Shown here: positions 37,075 through 46,126 of the stretch, piece by piece
Position numbering within the stretch: position 1 is the stretch's first letter
Layout: the number at the start of each line of letters is the position of its first letter
From: Candidatus Hydrogenedentota bacterium
Lineage (GTDB): Bacteria; Hydrogenedentota; Hydrogenedentia; Hydrogenedentales; SLHB01
DNA length: 53,562 nucleotides
NCBI GenBank assembly: GCA_029974275.1
Contig: JARKSN010000328.1
Coordinates: 1-53,562, forward strand
Direction: 5' to 3'
The notes under the pieces: generated by a model
Databases searched by the model: none
Seen by the model: the letters and a program-made list of their open reading frames with translations, nothing else
What the model was told of the DNA's origin: nothing
Made by a program: the position numbers and the translations under genes

Positions 37075-38136
37075 CTATAGGCGCCCTTCGAGAAGGGCAT
37101 ATCCCTCGCGCAAAAGTTCCTCGGTGGCGTCCCAGCCAAGGCAGGGATCGGTGATGGAGACGCCGCGCCGGAGGACCTTGCCCTTTGGGGGCAGAGGCTG
37201 CACGCCCTCCTCGAGGTTGCTCTCGAGCATAAGGCCGACAATGGCCTTGTTCCAACTGCGGCGTTGTTCGATGCATTCGCGCCACACGACGATTTGCCGC
37301 TCGAATCTCTTCTCGGAATTCGCGTGGCTGCAATCGACCATCACGAGGGCGGGCAAACCGGCCTTACGCAATTGCTCGGCGGCGGCGGCGACGTGAGAGG
37401 CCTCGTAATTGGGCTTGCCGCGTCCGCCGCGCAGGATGATGTGTCCCCACGGATTGCCGCGGGTGCGGATGATGCAGGTCCGGCCTTCCTGGTCGATGCC
37501 CAGAAAGCTATGCGGATAACGCGCGGACTGCATGGCGTCGATCGCGATCTGCAAATTGCCGTCGGTGCTGTTCTTGAAACCGACCGGCATGGACAAGCCG
37601 CTGGCCATTTCACGGTGCGTTTGCGATTCCGTCGTGCGCGCGCCGACGGCGGACCAACTGACCAGATCGGCGATGTATTGCGGAACGATCGGGTCGAGCA
37701 GTTCCGTAGCGGCGGGCAAGCCCATTTCGTTGATTTTCAGGAGAATGCGCCGGCCCTTGCACAAGCCTTTGGTAATATCGCTCGATCCGTCCATGTCGGG
37801 ATCGCTGATGAGGCCTTTCCAACCAATGATGGTGCGGGGTTTTTCAAAGTAGACCCGCATGACGATCAGCATGCGATCGCCCAAGGCCGCGTGCAGTCGC
37901 GCAAGACGTTCGGCGTACTCGTATGCCGCTTCCTCGTCGTGTATCGAACAGGGACCCGCCACCACCATAAGGCGCGGGTCTTCCTGCGCCAATATGGCGC
38001 GCACCGCCGCGCGTCCCTGAATGACGGTCGCGCGCGCGGCATCGGTCATCGGCAGCGTCGTCTTGAGCTCCTGCGGAGTGATGAGCGGGACCGTCTCAAG
38101 AACATGAACGTCATGAATTTGTCGGTCTTCGAACAT
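37075..38136 (-). CDS. aroF: 3-deoxy-7-phosphoheptulonate (DAHP) synthase, class I-alpha
   Basis: GPCSIHD, MRVYFEKPRT, GARTTESQTHREMASGLS, VDCSHANS, SITDPC. The aroF/G/H isoform cannot be resolved. Confidence 0.93.
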   Translation of the reverse strand: MFEDRQIHDVHVLETVPLITPQELKTTLPMTDAARATVIQGRAAVRAILAQEDPRLMVVAGPCSIHDEEAAYEYAERLARLHAALGDRMLIVMRVYFEKPRTIIGWKGLISDPDMDGSSDITKGLCKGRRILLKINEMGLPAATELLDPIVPQYIADLVSWSAVGARTTESQTHREMASGLSMPVGFKNSTDGNLQIAIDAMQSARYPHSFLGIDQEGRTCIIRTRGNPWGHIILRGGRGKPNYEASHVAAAAEQLRKAGLPALVMVDCSHANSEKRFERQIVVWRECIEQRRSWNKAIVGLMLESNLEEGVQPLPPKGKVLRRGVSITDPCLGWDATEELLREGYALLEGRL

Positions 38137-38308
38137 AAAACCCGATCGTCCTATCCCGGATTTCACGCAACCGCGTCCTCTGCGTTACGGGCCGAATCCG
38201 CCCGCCGCCTTCCGTTGCGCTGAACCGCCGGGAATGCAGCATCATACCGCAAATGCGGCGTTCGCCGCACCTATCGTTTTTCGAACGTCGCCCCTGCCTG
38301 CAAAGCGC

Positions 38309-38337
38309 TTGACTGCTTTGGGCGACATCGGGATAAT
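38309..38337 (+). promoter_or_regulatory. Putative sigma70 promoter of the hybrid kinase
   Basis: TTGACT-N17-GATAAT, followed by an AAGGAG RBS and ATG 38381. Confidence 0.6.
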
Positions 38338-38380
38338 TGCCGGGAAGAAAAATGCAGCTTTTGCTCCCTCAAGGAGACGC

Positions 38381-41300
38381 ATGGTCGACGATCCGGCTCC
38401 GACGCATGAAGAGATCGAGCGCCGTTTGGCCGCCGCCGAAACGCGCGCGAACCGCACGTTGCAGGCTCTGTGGGCCATCCGCCACGTCAATCACCTCATC
38501 GTGGCCGAGGATGACCCCTTCCGCTTGATTGAGCAGGCTTGCACAAACCTGACTGAAACCATGGGCTATCAGAACGCCTGGATCGCCCTGTTGGACCAGG
38601 AAGGCCGGGCCGTCGTGGCGACGGCCGCGTCGGGAGCCAACGGCGATTTCACGGCATTGCGCCAACGCCTCGAAGCAGGCGAACGCCCCCGCTGCATGAG
38701 ACAAGCCCTCGACTCCGGCGAAATCGTCATCCTGACGGATCCACATACCGAATGTCCCGACTGCCCCATGTCGACGAAATGCGGCGAGCGCGTCGGAGTG
38801 AGCCGCCGCTTGCGCCATGGCGGCAAGGTCTACGGCGTCCTGACAGCCTCCGTTCCCGCCGCCTATGCCCACGATCTGGAGGAACTCGCGCTTTTTAACG
38901 AAATTGCCAGCGATCTGGCCTTTGCCCTCCATAAAATCGAAGCCGCGCACGCCCTGCGCGAAAGCCACGCCATGCTTGCCCGCACCGAGTCCATCGCCCA
39001 TATCGGCAGTTGGGAATGGATCGTGGACGAAGATCAGGCGCGCTGGTCGGACGAACTTTTTCGCCTTTTTCAACGGAACCCCGCCCAAGGCGCACCGTCT
39101 TTTGCAGAACAGGCGCGCCTGTTCGTCGCCGAGGACATGCAACGCCTCCAACTGGCCGTCAAACGATGCCTGACCGACGGAACGCCGTACGAGCTGGAGT
39201 TGCGCATCATTCGCACAGACGGCGAAATCCGTCATTGCGTGGCGCGCGGCCGGGCGGAACATATCGCAAAGGGACGCGTCCTGCGCCTCGCGGGCTCCCT
39301 CCAGGACATCACCGAGCGCAAGCGGATCGAGGAGAATCTTCGGGAGACCTCCCTGCGGCTCCTGGAATCCGTCCGCGCGGCGAACGTCGGCCTATGGGAT
39401 TGGGATTTGGCCACGAACAAAGTCCGTTATTCCCGCGAATGGAAAGAGCAACTCGGATGCGCGGAACACGAGATCAGCGATGCTTTCGAGGAATGGGAGA
39501 GCCGCGTCCACCCCGACGATCTGCAGCCGACCCTCGAACGGATCCAGCGCGCCGTCGCCGACGTCAGTTGGCGGTATCATGTCGAATTTCGCATGCGACA
39601 CAAAGACGGGGCCTATCGGTGGATTTTGGCGCGGGGCTCCGTATACCGCAACGCGGACGGGCAGCCGGTCCGCGTGGTGGGATCGCACACGGACATCACC
39701 GAAAGCAAGCGCGCCCAGGAAAAAATGCTCCGCCACGCGGAACGCATGAAAGCCGTGGCCGAAATTCTGCAACGCCCCGTCGTGAACCTGCAAGCGTTTT
39801 TGGACCATGCCCTGGACCGGGCCCTCGAGCTTACCCAAAGCGCCATCGGCTATATCTATTTTTATGACGAAGATCGCAAGGAATTCATCCTGAACACCTG
39901 GTCGAAGGACGTCATGAAGGAATGCGCCGTCATCGACCCGCAAACCTGCTATGAATTGGACAAGACGGGCATCTGGGGCGAGGCGGTGCGACAACGCAGC
40001 CCCATCGTCCTGAACGATTTTCAAGCGCATCACCCGCTGAAAAAAGGAATCCCGGAAGGACATGTCCACCTGACCCGATTCCTGACCGTCCCCGTGATGC
40101 AAAACGACCGAATCGTCGCCGTCGTCGGCGTGGCCAACAAGCTATCCCCATACGACGAGGACGATTCCCTCGAACTCACGCTGCTGATGGAAGCGGTCTG
40201 GAAATCCGTCGAGAACATGAAAAGTCAGGAGGAACTGCGTGCGCGCGAACGCTATTTGCGCACGATCCTCCAGACTTCGGCGGACGGCTTTTGGGTGATC
40301 GACCCTCAGCATCGTCTTATTGAAGTCAACGAGGCCTATTGCGTCATGTCGGGATACGCGCGGGACGAATTGATCGGGATGACCATCGGCGACATCGACG
40401 CCGACGAATCGCCCGCCGAGACCGCCGCCCGCGTGAAACGCATCATGGCCAACGGATCGGAGTTGTTCGAAACCCGTCACCGGCGCCAAGACGGAAGCAT
40501 TTGGCCCGTGGAAGTTTCCGCAACCTATCTGGAGGAGCAGGGCGGCCGGGTTATCTGTTTTTGCCGCGACCTGACCGGCCGCAAGCAGCGAGAAAGCCGC
40601 ATCGCCTTGTTGGGACAGATGCTGGACGCCGCGCCCGTGGCCATCACCATTCACAATACCGACGGACGTTTTCTGTTCGCCAACCGCGCAACCGCCTCGT
40701 TGCACGGCTACGACGCCACCGAAGACTTCCTTGCCCTCAACCTGCATGCGATCGACATGCCCGAGAGCGAAGCCCTCATCGCCGAGCGCATCCGGAGCAT
40801 CGTCGAAAATGGCGAAGCGCGATTCGAGGTGGTTCACCGCCGCAAGGACGGCTCGAGCTTCCCGCTGGAAGTGCTCGCCAAATTCATCGACTGGGACGGA
40901 CAGCCCGCCGTGCTCAGCATCGCCACCGACATCGCCGAGCGCAACGCCCTCCAAGAACGTCGCGAACGCCAACTGACGTTTTCGCGCGCCTTGAACGTGA
41001 TCTCGGAAGCCATTATCGAGAGCGAAGACCCAGGATCCATCCTGGACATCAGCAACCGGGTCATCGGAGAAGCGTTGCAGGTGGACCGAATCCTGATTTA
41101 CGACGTCTCCTTCGCGGAAAACCGCATCACCGCTCTTTGCGAATGGATTCGGCTGGATCATCCGGACATCGCGCCGACAAAAGGCCAATACGCCTCCCTG
41201 GAGATGTTCCACAGCGCCTTCCTGCATATCCGCGAAACGCGGCGGCCCGTCGCAAGCCATGCCGACGCCGTGAACGCCCTTTTCATGGAGAACGATTCAA

Positions 41301-43420
41301 GCCGCATTCTTCACGATCAGCTCAAAATCAAAAGCCTGATGTGGCACCCCTTCGCGTTCGACGAGCACGGATATTATCTGTTCACCATAAACCGGGTGCT
41401 GCAGCAACAGCCCTGGAGTCAGGACGAGATCAACTTCCTCGAATCGGTCGCCGGCCAGGTCAGCATCGCCTTGATGAAGGCCCGGATGTTGGAAAACCAA
41501 AAACGCGCCGAAGAGGAACTGCGCAAAAGCGAGGCCAAACACCGCACGCTGGTGGAAGGCATGCCCGATATCGTCATGCGATTCGACCGCGACGGACGGC
41601 ATCTCTTCGCTTCGGACAACAGCGCGGAGGCGACGGGAATGTTGGCGAGTCTCCTCATCGGCAAGACCCATCGCGAACTCGGATACCCGGAGCCCCTGTG
41701 CGCGTTTTTGGAACAGTCCATCCGCCTCGTCTTTGACAGCCGGAAACCGTTCGAAACCGAGTTCACCTTCGAGACCGCGAAAAAGCAAAGCATTTTCAAC
41801 TGGCGCCTCGTGCCAGAACTCGATGCCGACGGACGCGTGGAGTCCGTGCTCTCCATCAGTCGCGACGTCACGGCGCACCGCAGAGTCGAACAAGACTACC
41901 GGATGCTCTTCCGCGAGATGCTGGACGGCTTCGCCGTGCACGAAATCCTCTGCGACGATCAGAGGCGCCCGATAGACTACCGCTTCCTGGCGGTCAATCC
42001 CGCCTTCGAACGCATCACCGGGCTGAAAGCCAATGACGTGGTGGGCAGGACGGTGCTCGAGGTTTTGCCGAACACGGAGCCTTACTGGATAGAAACGTAC
42101 GGCAATGTGGCGCTGACGGGCAAGCCGACGCATTTTGAAAACCGCTCCGACGAAATGGACAAGTATTTCGAAGTGACGGCCTTCCGGCCCGCCCCCAACC
42201 AATTCGCCTGCATTTTCACCGACGTCACCGCGCGCAAACGGGCCGAAGAAGAACGCCAACACCTGCGGGAACAGTTGGCGCAGGCCCAAAAAATGGAATC
42301 GGTCGGTCGACTGGCCGGCGGCGTCGCACACGATTTCAACAACATGCTGGGCATCATCCTGGGCTATGCGGAATTGGCCATAAACCATGTCGTCTCCGAT
42401 GAGCTGTTAAGCGATTACTTGAACCAAATCTTCAGCGCCGCCAAACGCTCCGCCGAGATCACGCAGCAGTTGCTGGCCTTCGCCCGCAAGCAGACCATCG
42501 CCCCCAAGGTGTTCGATCTGAACGAGGCGGTCGAAGGCATGCTCAAAATGCTCCGGCGCATCATCGGCGAGGACATCGATCTGGCATGGCGACCGGCCGC
42601 CGGCCCGAAACCGCTCTTGATGGACCCCTCGCAGCTCGATCAAATCCTGGCCAATCTGTGCGTCAACGCCCGGGACGCCATCGCGGGCGTGGGCAAGCTC
42701 ACCATCGAAACGGGCGTAACCGTCTTCGACGAGGCCTATTGCGCCGAGCACGTCGGATTTTCGCCGGGCGAATTCATTTTGCTGGCGATCAGCGACAACG
42801 GCTGCGGCATGGACCGGCAGACCCTGAATAAGTTGTTCGAGCCTTTCTTCACGACCAAGGGCATCGGCAAGGGAACGGGCCTGGGGCTGGCCACGGTGTA
42901 TGGCATCGTCAAGCAAAACAACGGCTTTATCAACGTCTACAGCGAGCCGGGGCAGGGCACCACCTTCAAAATCTATCTGCCCCGGTATACCGGCGACGCC
43001 TCCCAGGCTATGTCGGAAGACGACGTCGCCATTCCCTCCGGCCGCGGCGAGACTGTCCTGATCGTAGAAGACGAAGTCGCCATCTTGACGCTAAGCAAAA
43101 TCATGCTCGAACGGCTGGGCTACCGCGTGCTGACGGCGACCCTGCCCAGCGAGGCCATGCGACTGGCGCAGACGCATCCCGACCGAATCGACTTGCTTGC
43201 CACCGACGTCATCATGCCCGAAATGAACGGCCGGGAATTGGCCAGACGGCTGATAGAGGCGTACCCCCACCTCAAGCTCTTGTTCATGTCGGGGTACACG
43301 GCCAACGTGATCGCCCACCAAGGAGTCCTGGACGAAGGCGTGAATTTCATCCAGAAGCCTTTCTCCATGCGGGATATCGCCATAAAGGTGCGCCAAGCCT
43401 TGGACCGCCGCCCCACTTGA
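38381..43420 (+). CDS. Cytoplasmic hybrid sensor histidine kinase/response regulator (GAF-PAS-PAS-GAF-PAS-PAS-GAF-PAS-PAS-HisKA-HATPase-REC)
   Basis: Repeated PAS/PAC ends (DITERK, HPDD, RHKDG), H-box GGVAHDFNN, N-box NARDA, DNGCGM, FEPFFTTK, GTGLGL, receiver TDVIMP..QKPF. Confidence 0.95.
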   Translation: MVDDPAPTHEEIERRLAAAETRANRTLQALWAIRHVNHLIVAEDDPFRLIEQACTNLTETMGYQNAWIALLDQEGRAVVATAASGANGDFTALRQRLEAGERPRCMRQALDSGEIVILTDPHTECPDCPMSTKCGERVGVSRRLRHGGKVYGVLTASVPAAYAHDLEELALFNEIASDLAFALHKIEAAHALRESHAMLARTESIAHIGSWEWIVDEDQARWSDELFRLFQRNPAQGAPSFAEQARLFVAEDMQRLQLAVKRCLTDGTPYELELRIIRTDGEIRHCVARGRAEHIAKGRVLRLAGSLQDITERKRIEENLRETSLRLLESVRAANVGLWDWDLATNKVRYSREWKEQLGCAEHEISDAFEEWESRVHPDDLQPTLERIQRAVADVSWRYHVEFRMRHKDGAYRWILARGSVYRNADGQPVRVVGSHTDITESKRAQEKMLRHAERMKAVAEILQRPVVNLQAFLDHALDRALELTQSAIGYIYFYDEDRKEFILNTWSKDVMKECAVIDPQTCYELDKTGIWGEAVRQRSPIVLNDFQAHHPLKKGIPEGHVHLTRFLTVPVMQNDRIVAVVGVANKLSPYDEDDSLELTLLMEAVWKSVENMKSQEELRARERYLRTILQTSADGFWVIDPQHRLIEVNEAYCVMSGYARDELIGMTIGDIDADESPAETAARVKRIMANGSELFETRHRRQDGSIWPVEVSATYLEEQGGRVICFCRDLTGRKQRESRIALLGQMLDAAPVAITIHNTDGRFLFANRATASLHGYDATEDFLALNLHAIDMPESEALIAERIRSIVENGEARFEVVHRRKDGSSFPLEVLAKFIDWDGQPAVLSIATDIAERNALQERRERQLTFSRALNVISEAIIESEDPGSILDISNRVIGEALQVDRILIYDVSFAENRITALCEWIRLDHPDIAPTKGQYASLEMFHSAFLHIRETRRPVASHADAVNALFMENDSSRILHDQLKIKSLMWHPFAFDEHGYYLFTINRVLQQQPWSQDEINFLESVAGQVSIALMKARMLENQKRAEEELRKSEAKHRTLVEGMPDIVMRFDRDGRHLFASDNSAEATGMLASLLIGKTHRELGYPEPLCAFLEQSIRLVFDSRKPFETEFTFETAKKQSIFNWRLVPELDADGRVESVLSISRDVTAHRRVEQDYRMLFREMLDGFAVHEILCDDQRRPIDYRFLAVNPAFERITGLKANDVVGRTVLEVLPNTEPYWIETYGNVALTGKPTHFENRSDEMDKYFEVTAFRPAPNQFACIFTDVTARKRAEEERQHLREQLAQAQKMESVGRLAGGVAHDFNNMLGIILGYAELAINHVVSDELLSDYLNQIFSAAKRSAEITQQLLAFARKQTIAPKVFDLNEAVEGMLKMLRRIIGEDIDLAWRPAAGPKPLLMDPSQLDQILANLCVNARDAIAGVGKLTIETGVTVFDEAYCAEHVGFSPGEFILLAISDNGCGMDRQTLNKLFEPFFTTKGIGKGTGLGLATVYGIVKQNNGFINVYSEPGQGTTFKIYLPRYTGDASQAMSEDDVAIPSGRGETVLIVEDEVAILTLSKIMLERLGYRVLTATLPSEAMRLAQTHPDRIDLLATDVIMPEMNGRELARRLIEAYPHLKLLFMSGYTANVIAHQGVLDEGVNFIQKPFSMRDIAIKVRQALDRRPT

Positions 43421-43447
43421 CGCCATCGCCTTTCCCCGGCATACTTC

Positions 43448-43474
43448 TTGTCAGCCCCACCCGGGGGTTGATAA
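43448..43474 (+). terminator. Stem-loop downstream of the kinase
   Basis: TTGTCAGCCCC / GGGGTTGATAA stem with G-U pairs, 27 bp after the stop. The U-tract is weak. Confidence 0.35.
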
Positions 43475-43525
43475 ATCGTCACGAAACAAGGGCGTGGACC
43501 GCTCAGATAACGGGGGAGAACAACC

Positions 43526-45082
43526 ATGGCTGATTTCTTGGTAGGCTGCGATGTGGGCACGGGTGGCACCAAGGCGGTGGTGATGGACACCGAGGGGAAC
43601 GTCCTGGGCACGCATTACATCGAGTACCCGCTCATCACCACGAAAAACCCGGACGAAAAATACCCTGGCGCAAAGGCCGAGCATGACCCCGAGTGGTATT
43701 GGAACGCCGTCGCCGATACGATTCAGGTGTCGATCAAACAATCCAAGGTGGACCCGAAGGACATCAAGGGCGTGTCGATCAGTGCGTTGTCGCCCGCGTG
43801 CATTCTCGTCGATAAAGACCTGAACCCGCTGCAAAACGCGCACATCTGGATGGACCGCCGCGCAACCGTCGAATGCGATTGGCTCAAGAAGAACATCGGC
43901 GAGGAACGCATCTTCAAACTGTCCGCGAACCCCACCGACCCCTACTACGCCACCGCGAAACTCATGTGGGAAAAGAACAACCGGCCCGACCTCTATAAGA
44001 AGGCTTACAAGTTCCAGACCGCCGCCGACTACCCCTGCATGAAACTCACCGGCAAGGCCGTCACCGACTATTCGAACGCCTCGCTCATCGGCATCGCGTT
44101 TGACATCGTGAACCGCAAATGGGACAACGACCTCCTCGTCGAGATCGGGCTTGACCCCGACAAATTCCCCGAGGCCTTCCCCTGCGACGAAGTGATCGGC
44201 GAAGTCACGCGCGAAGCCGCCGAACGCACCGGGTTGGCCGTCGGCACACCCGTCGTCGCCGGCACCGTCGACTGCAACGCCGCGTGGGTAGCCGGTGGCG
44301 CCGTCGATGCCGGTTCCACCCAGCTCGTAATGGGCACCGCCGGCGTGCTCGGCGTCGTCCACGACGAACCCACCTTCACCCGCGACATGATCACCATCAT
44401 CCACACCGCCGACTCGCGCACGAAATACACCACCTTGGCCGCGCTCGTGTCCTGCGGCGCACTGATCCGCTACTTCCGCGACAACTTCGGCGACCTCGAA
44501 CTCGCCACCCAGAAGATCTCCGGCATCAGCGCCTACGACATCATGAACGAAGAGGCCAAACACGTCCCCGCCGGGTCCAACGGCCTCATCACCCTGCCCT
44601 ACTTCATGGGCGAACGCACGCCCATCTGGGACACCCACGCCCGCGGCGTGCTGTTCGGGCTGAGCCTCGACCACGGACGCGGCCACGTCATACGCTCCTT
44701 CATGGAAGGCGCCGGATTCGGATTGCTCCACAACTTCGAGTTGATGCGCGAGAGCGGCGTCAAGATGAACCTGCCCATGATATTGAGCGAAGGCGGCGCG
44801 AACAGCCCCATGTGGCGCCAGATCATCTCCGACATCCTCAACATCGAATGCGCCTTCGCCAAATCCTCCAAAGGCGCCCCCGTCGGCAACGCCGTCGCGG
44901 CAGGCGTCGGCGTCGGCATCTACAAAAACTACGACGTCGTCAAAGGCTGGGTCCAACTCGGCGAACACAACAAACCCAACCCAGAAAACCAAGTCCTCTA
45001 CAGAAAACTCTACGCCGTCTACCGCGACCTCTACCCCTCCATCCAAGACTACTACGTCCGCGTCGCGGAAGCGCTGGCGTAG
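43526..45082 (+). CDS. FGGY-family carbohydrate kinase (xylulokinase-like)
   Basis: GCDVGTGGTKA, WMDRRA, TDYSNAS, LPYFMGERTPIWD, EGGANSPMWRQIISDI. GGGGAG RBS upstream. Confidence 0.93.
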   Translation: MADFLVGCDVGTGGTKAVVMDTEGNVLGTHYIEYPLITTKNPDEKYPGAKAEHDPEWYWNAVADTIQVSIKQSKVDPKDIKGVSISALSPACILVDKDLNPLQNAHIWMDRRATVECDWLKKNIGEERIFKLSANPTDPYYATAKLMWEKNNRPDLYKKAYKFQTAADYPCMKLTGKAVTDYSNASLIGIAFDIVNRKWDNDLLVEIGLDPDKFPEAFPCDEVIGEVTREAAERTGLAVGTPVVAGTVDCNAAWVAGGAVDAGSTQLVMGTAGVLGVVHDEPTFTRDMITIIHTADSRTKYTTLAALVSCGALIRYFRDNFGDLELATQKISGISAYDIMNEEAKHVPAGSNGLITLPYFMGERTPIWDTHARGVLFGLSLDHGRGHVIRSFMEGAGFGLLHNFELMRESGVKMNLPMILSEGGANSPMWRQIISDILNIECAFAKSSKGAPVGNAVAAGVGVGIYKNYDVVKGWVQLGEHNKPNPENQVLYRKLYAVYRDLYPSIQDYYVRVAEALA

Positions 45083-45118
45083 GCGGAGATATTGGCACAG
45101 AAAAACATGGAGGAAAGT

Positions 45119-45967
45119 ATGAGTATTCGTGAGATAGCGAGCATTGAAGAGCCATACAGTGCAATCAACCGGGAAGAGCGGCACTATGTGGCTGTTCTAT
45201 TTGCGGCCTTGACAGGTCCGCAGAAAAAGGAATCCATCTCTAAGTTCTTGAAACTTTGTAAGCATCCACCTCTGTCTGACCTGGAACTTGAAAGCTGCGA
45301 GGTGTACTTTGAGTACGCCTTTCTTCGAGATATTTGGAGCACGCTATCGGACGACAAGAAGAAGGACATAGTCTGTCAATGTTTACCAAAGACTGTCACT
45401 GATAAGCTACAATACGAATCCCTAAAGGAGTTCAACAAAACCTTTGTTGGGAGTAACGCATCGGCAAGAACCGTGCAAAGTCCGGGAAGATGGTCGAACG
45501 CTAAAATCGCTAAAATCTGCGAGAAACTCGATTCTAGCGATGAGCGCTTACAAGCTTGCAGGTTCAAGTGGGCATTCAATATCAAGCCGGACCTGGTCAT
45601 TCATATTAACAAGGACTCTGCAGTTTGTGTAGAAGCGAAGTGTACAGCTTCAGAGAGCAAGTACTCGGCTTGCTTTGAAACCCAAAAAGGCAAACATACA
45701 ATTTCAGAGACCCAATTGAAACTACAGCATTACATGATGAAAGAACTTTTGGGAATAGAGACAAGACATATCTTACTTGAGATGCCAAGACGAGAGAGCG
45801 TGAGCAAAAGTAAACGTCCGAACGAAATACCAGACGGAAATTCGATAGTTCTTTCCTGGAAGACTGTTTTGGAGGAACTTGGTATGGGTGACGTATGGAA
45901 GCGCATGGAGAAAGCCCTTCGCGCGACTGATGATAGTCAGACAACGGTGCCAGCCGATATTGCCTAA
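45119..45967 (+). CDS. Hypothetical protein, PD-(D/E)XK nuclease-like
   Basis: NIKPDLVIH...VCVEAK followed by ETQLKLQ. GGAGG RBS before ATG 45119. AT-rich codon use. Confidence 0.65.
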   Translation: MSIREIASIEEPYSAINREERHYVAVLFAALTGPQKKESISKFLKLCKHPPLSDLELESCEVYFEYAFLRDIWSTLSDDKKKDIVCQCLPKTVTDKLQYESLKEFNKTFVGSNASARTVQSPGRWSNAKIAKICEKLDSSDERLQACRFKWAFNIKPDLVIHINKDSAVCVEAKCTASESKYSACFETQKGKHTISETQLKLQHYMMKELLGIETRHILLEMPRRESVSKSKRPNEIPDGNSIVLSWKTVLEELGMGDVWKRMEKALRATDDSQTTVPADIA

Positions 45968-46019
45968 GCGTTCCTATCTGGGAACAGCGGGCGCACTTTC
46001 TTAGCCATCTCCATTACAG

Positions 46020-46045
46020 CGCCCGGCACAGAGACCGGGCGCTAC
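46020..46045 (-). repeat. REP-like element family A, copy 1
   Basis: Minus strand GTAGCGCCCGGTCTCTGTGCCGGGCG: a GTAG foot plus CGCCCGG/CCGGGCG hairpin. Identical to the copy at 48055-48080. Confidence 0.85.
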
Positions 46046-46126
46046 GAAGGATCGGCTAGGCGCGCCCTTTGTTGTGTTGGGCAATCAATACGGAACAGAG
46101 TTTCCTTCAAAGGCCGCCAGGACAGG

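Noticed and set aside
43451..45184. 577-aa antisense ORF covering the whole FGGY kinase
   Set aside because: Shadow frame. The strong C-ending codon bias removes TTA/CTA/TCA on the sense strand, and the product has no recognisable motifs.
45962..46082. Possible integron attC sites behind the islet genes (GCCTAAG..CTTAGCC; GCCCAAC on minus; also an imperfect hairpin at 47621-47683)
   Set aside because: No properly paired RYYYAAC/GTTRRRY boxes with L-box geometry. The genes are convergent rather than in tandem, and there is no integrase.
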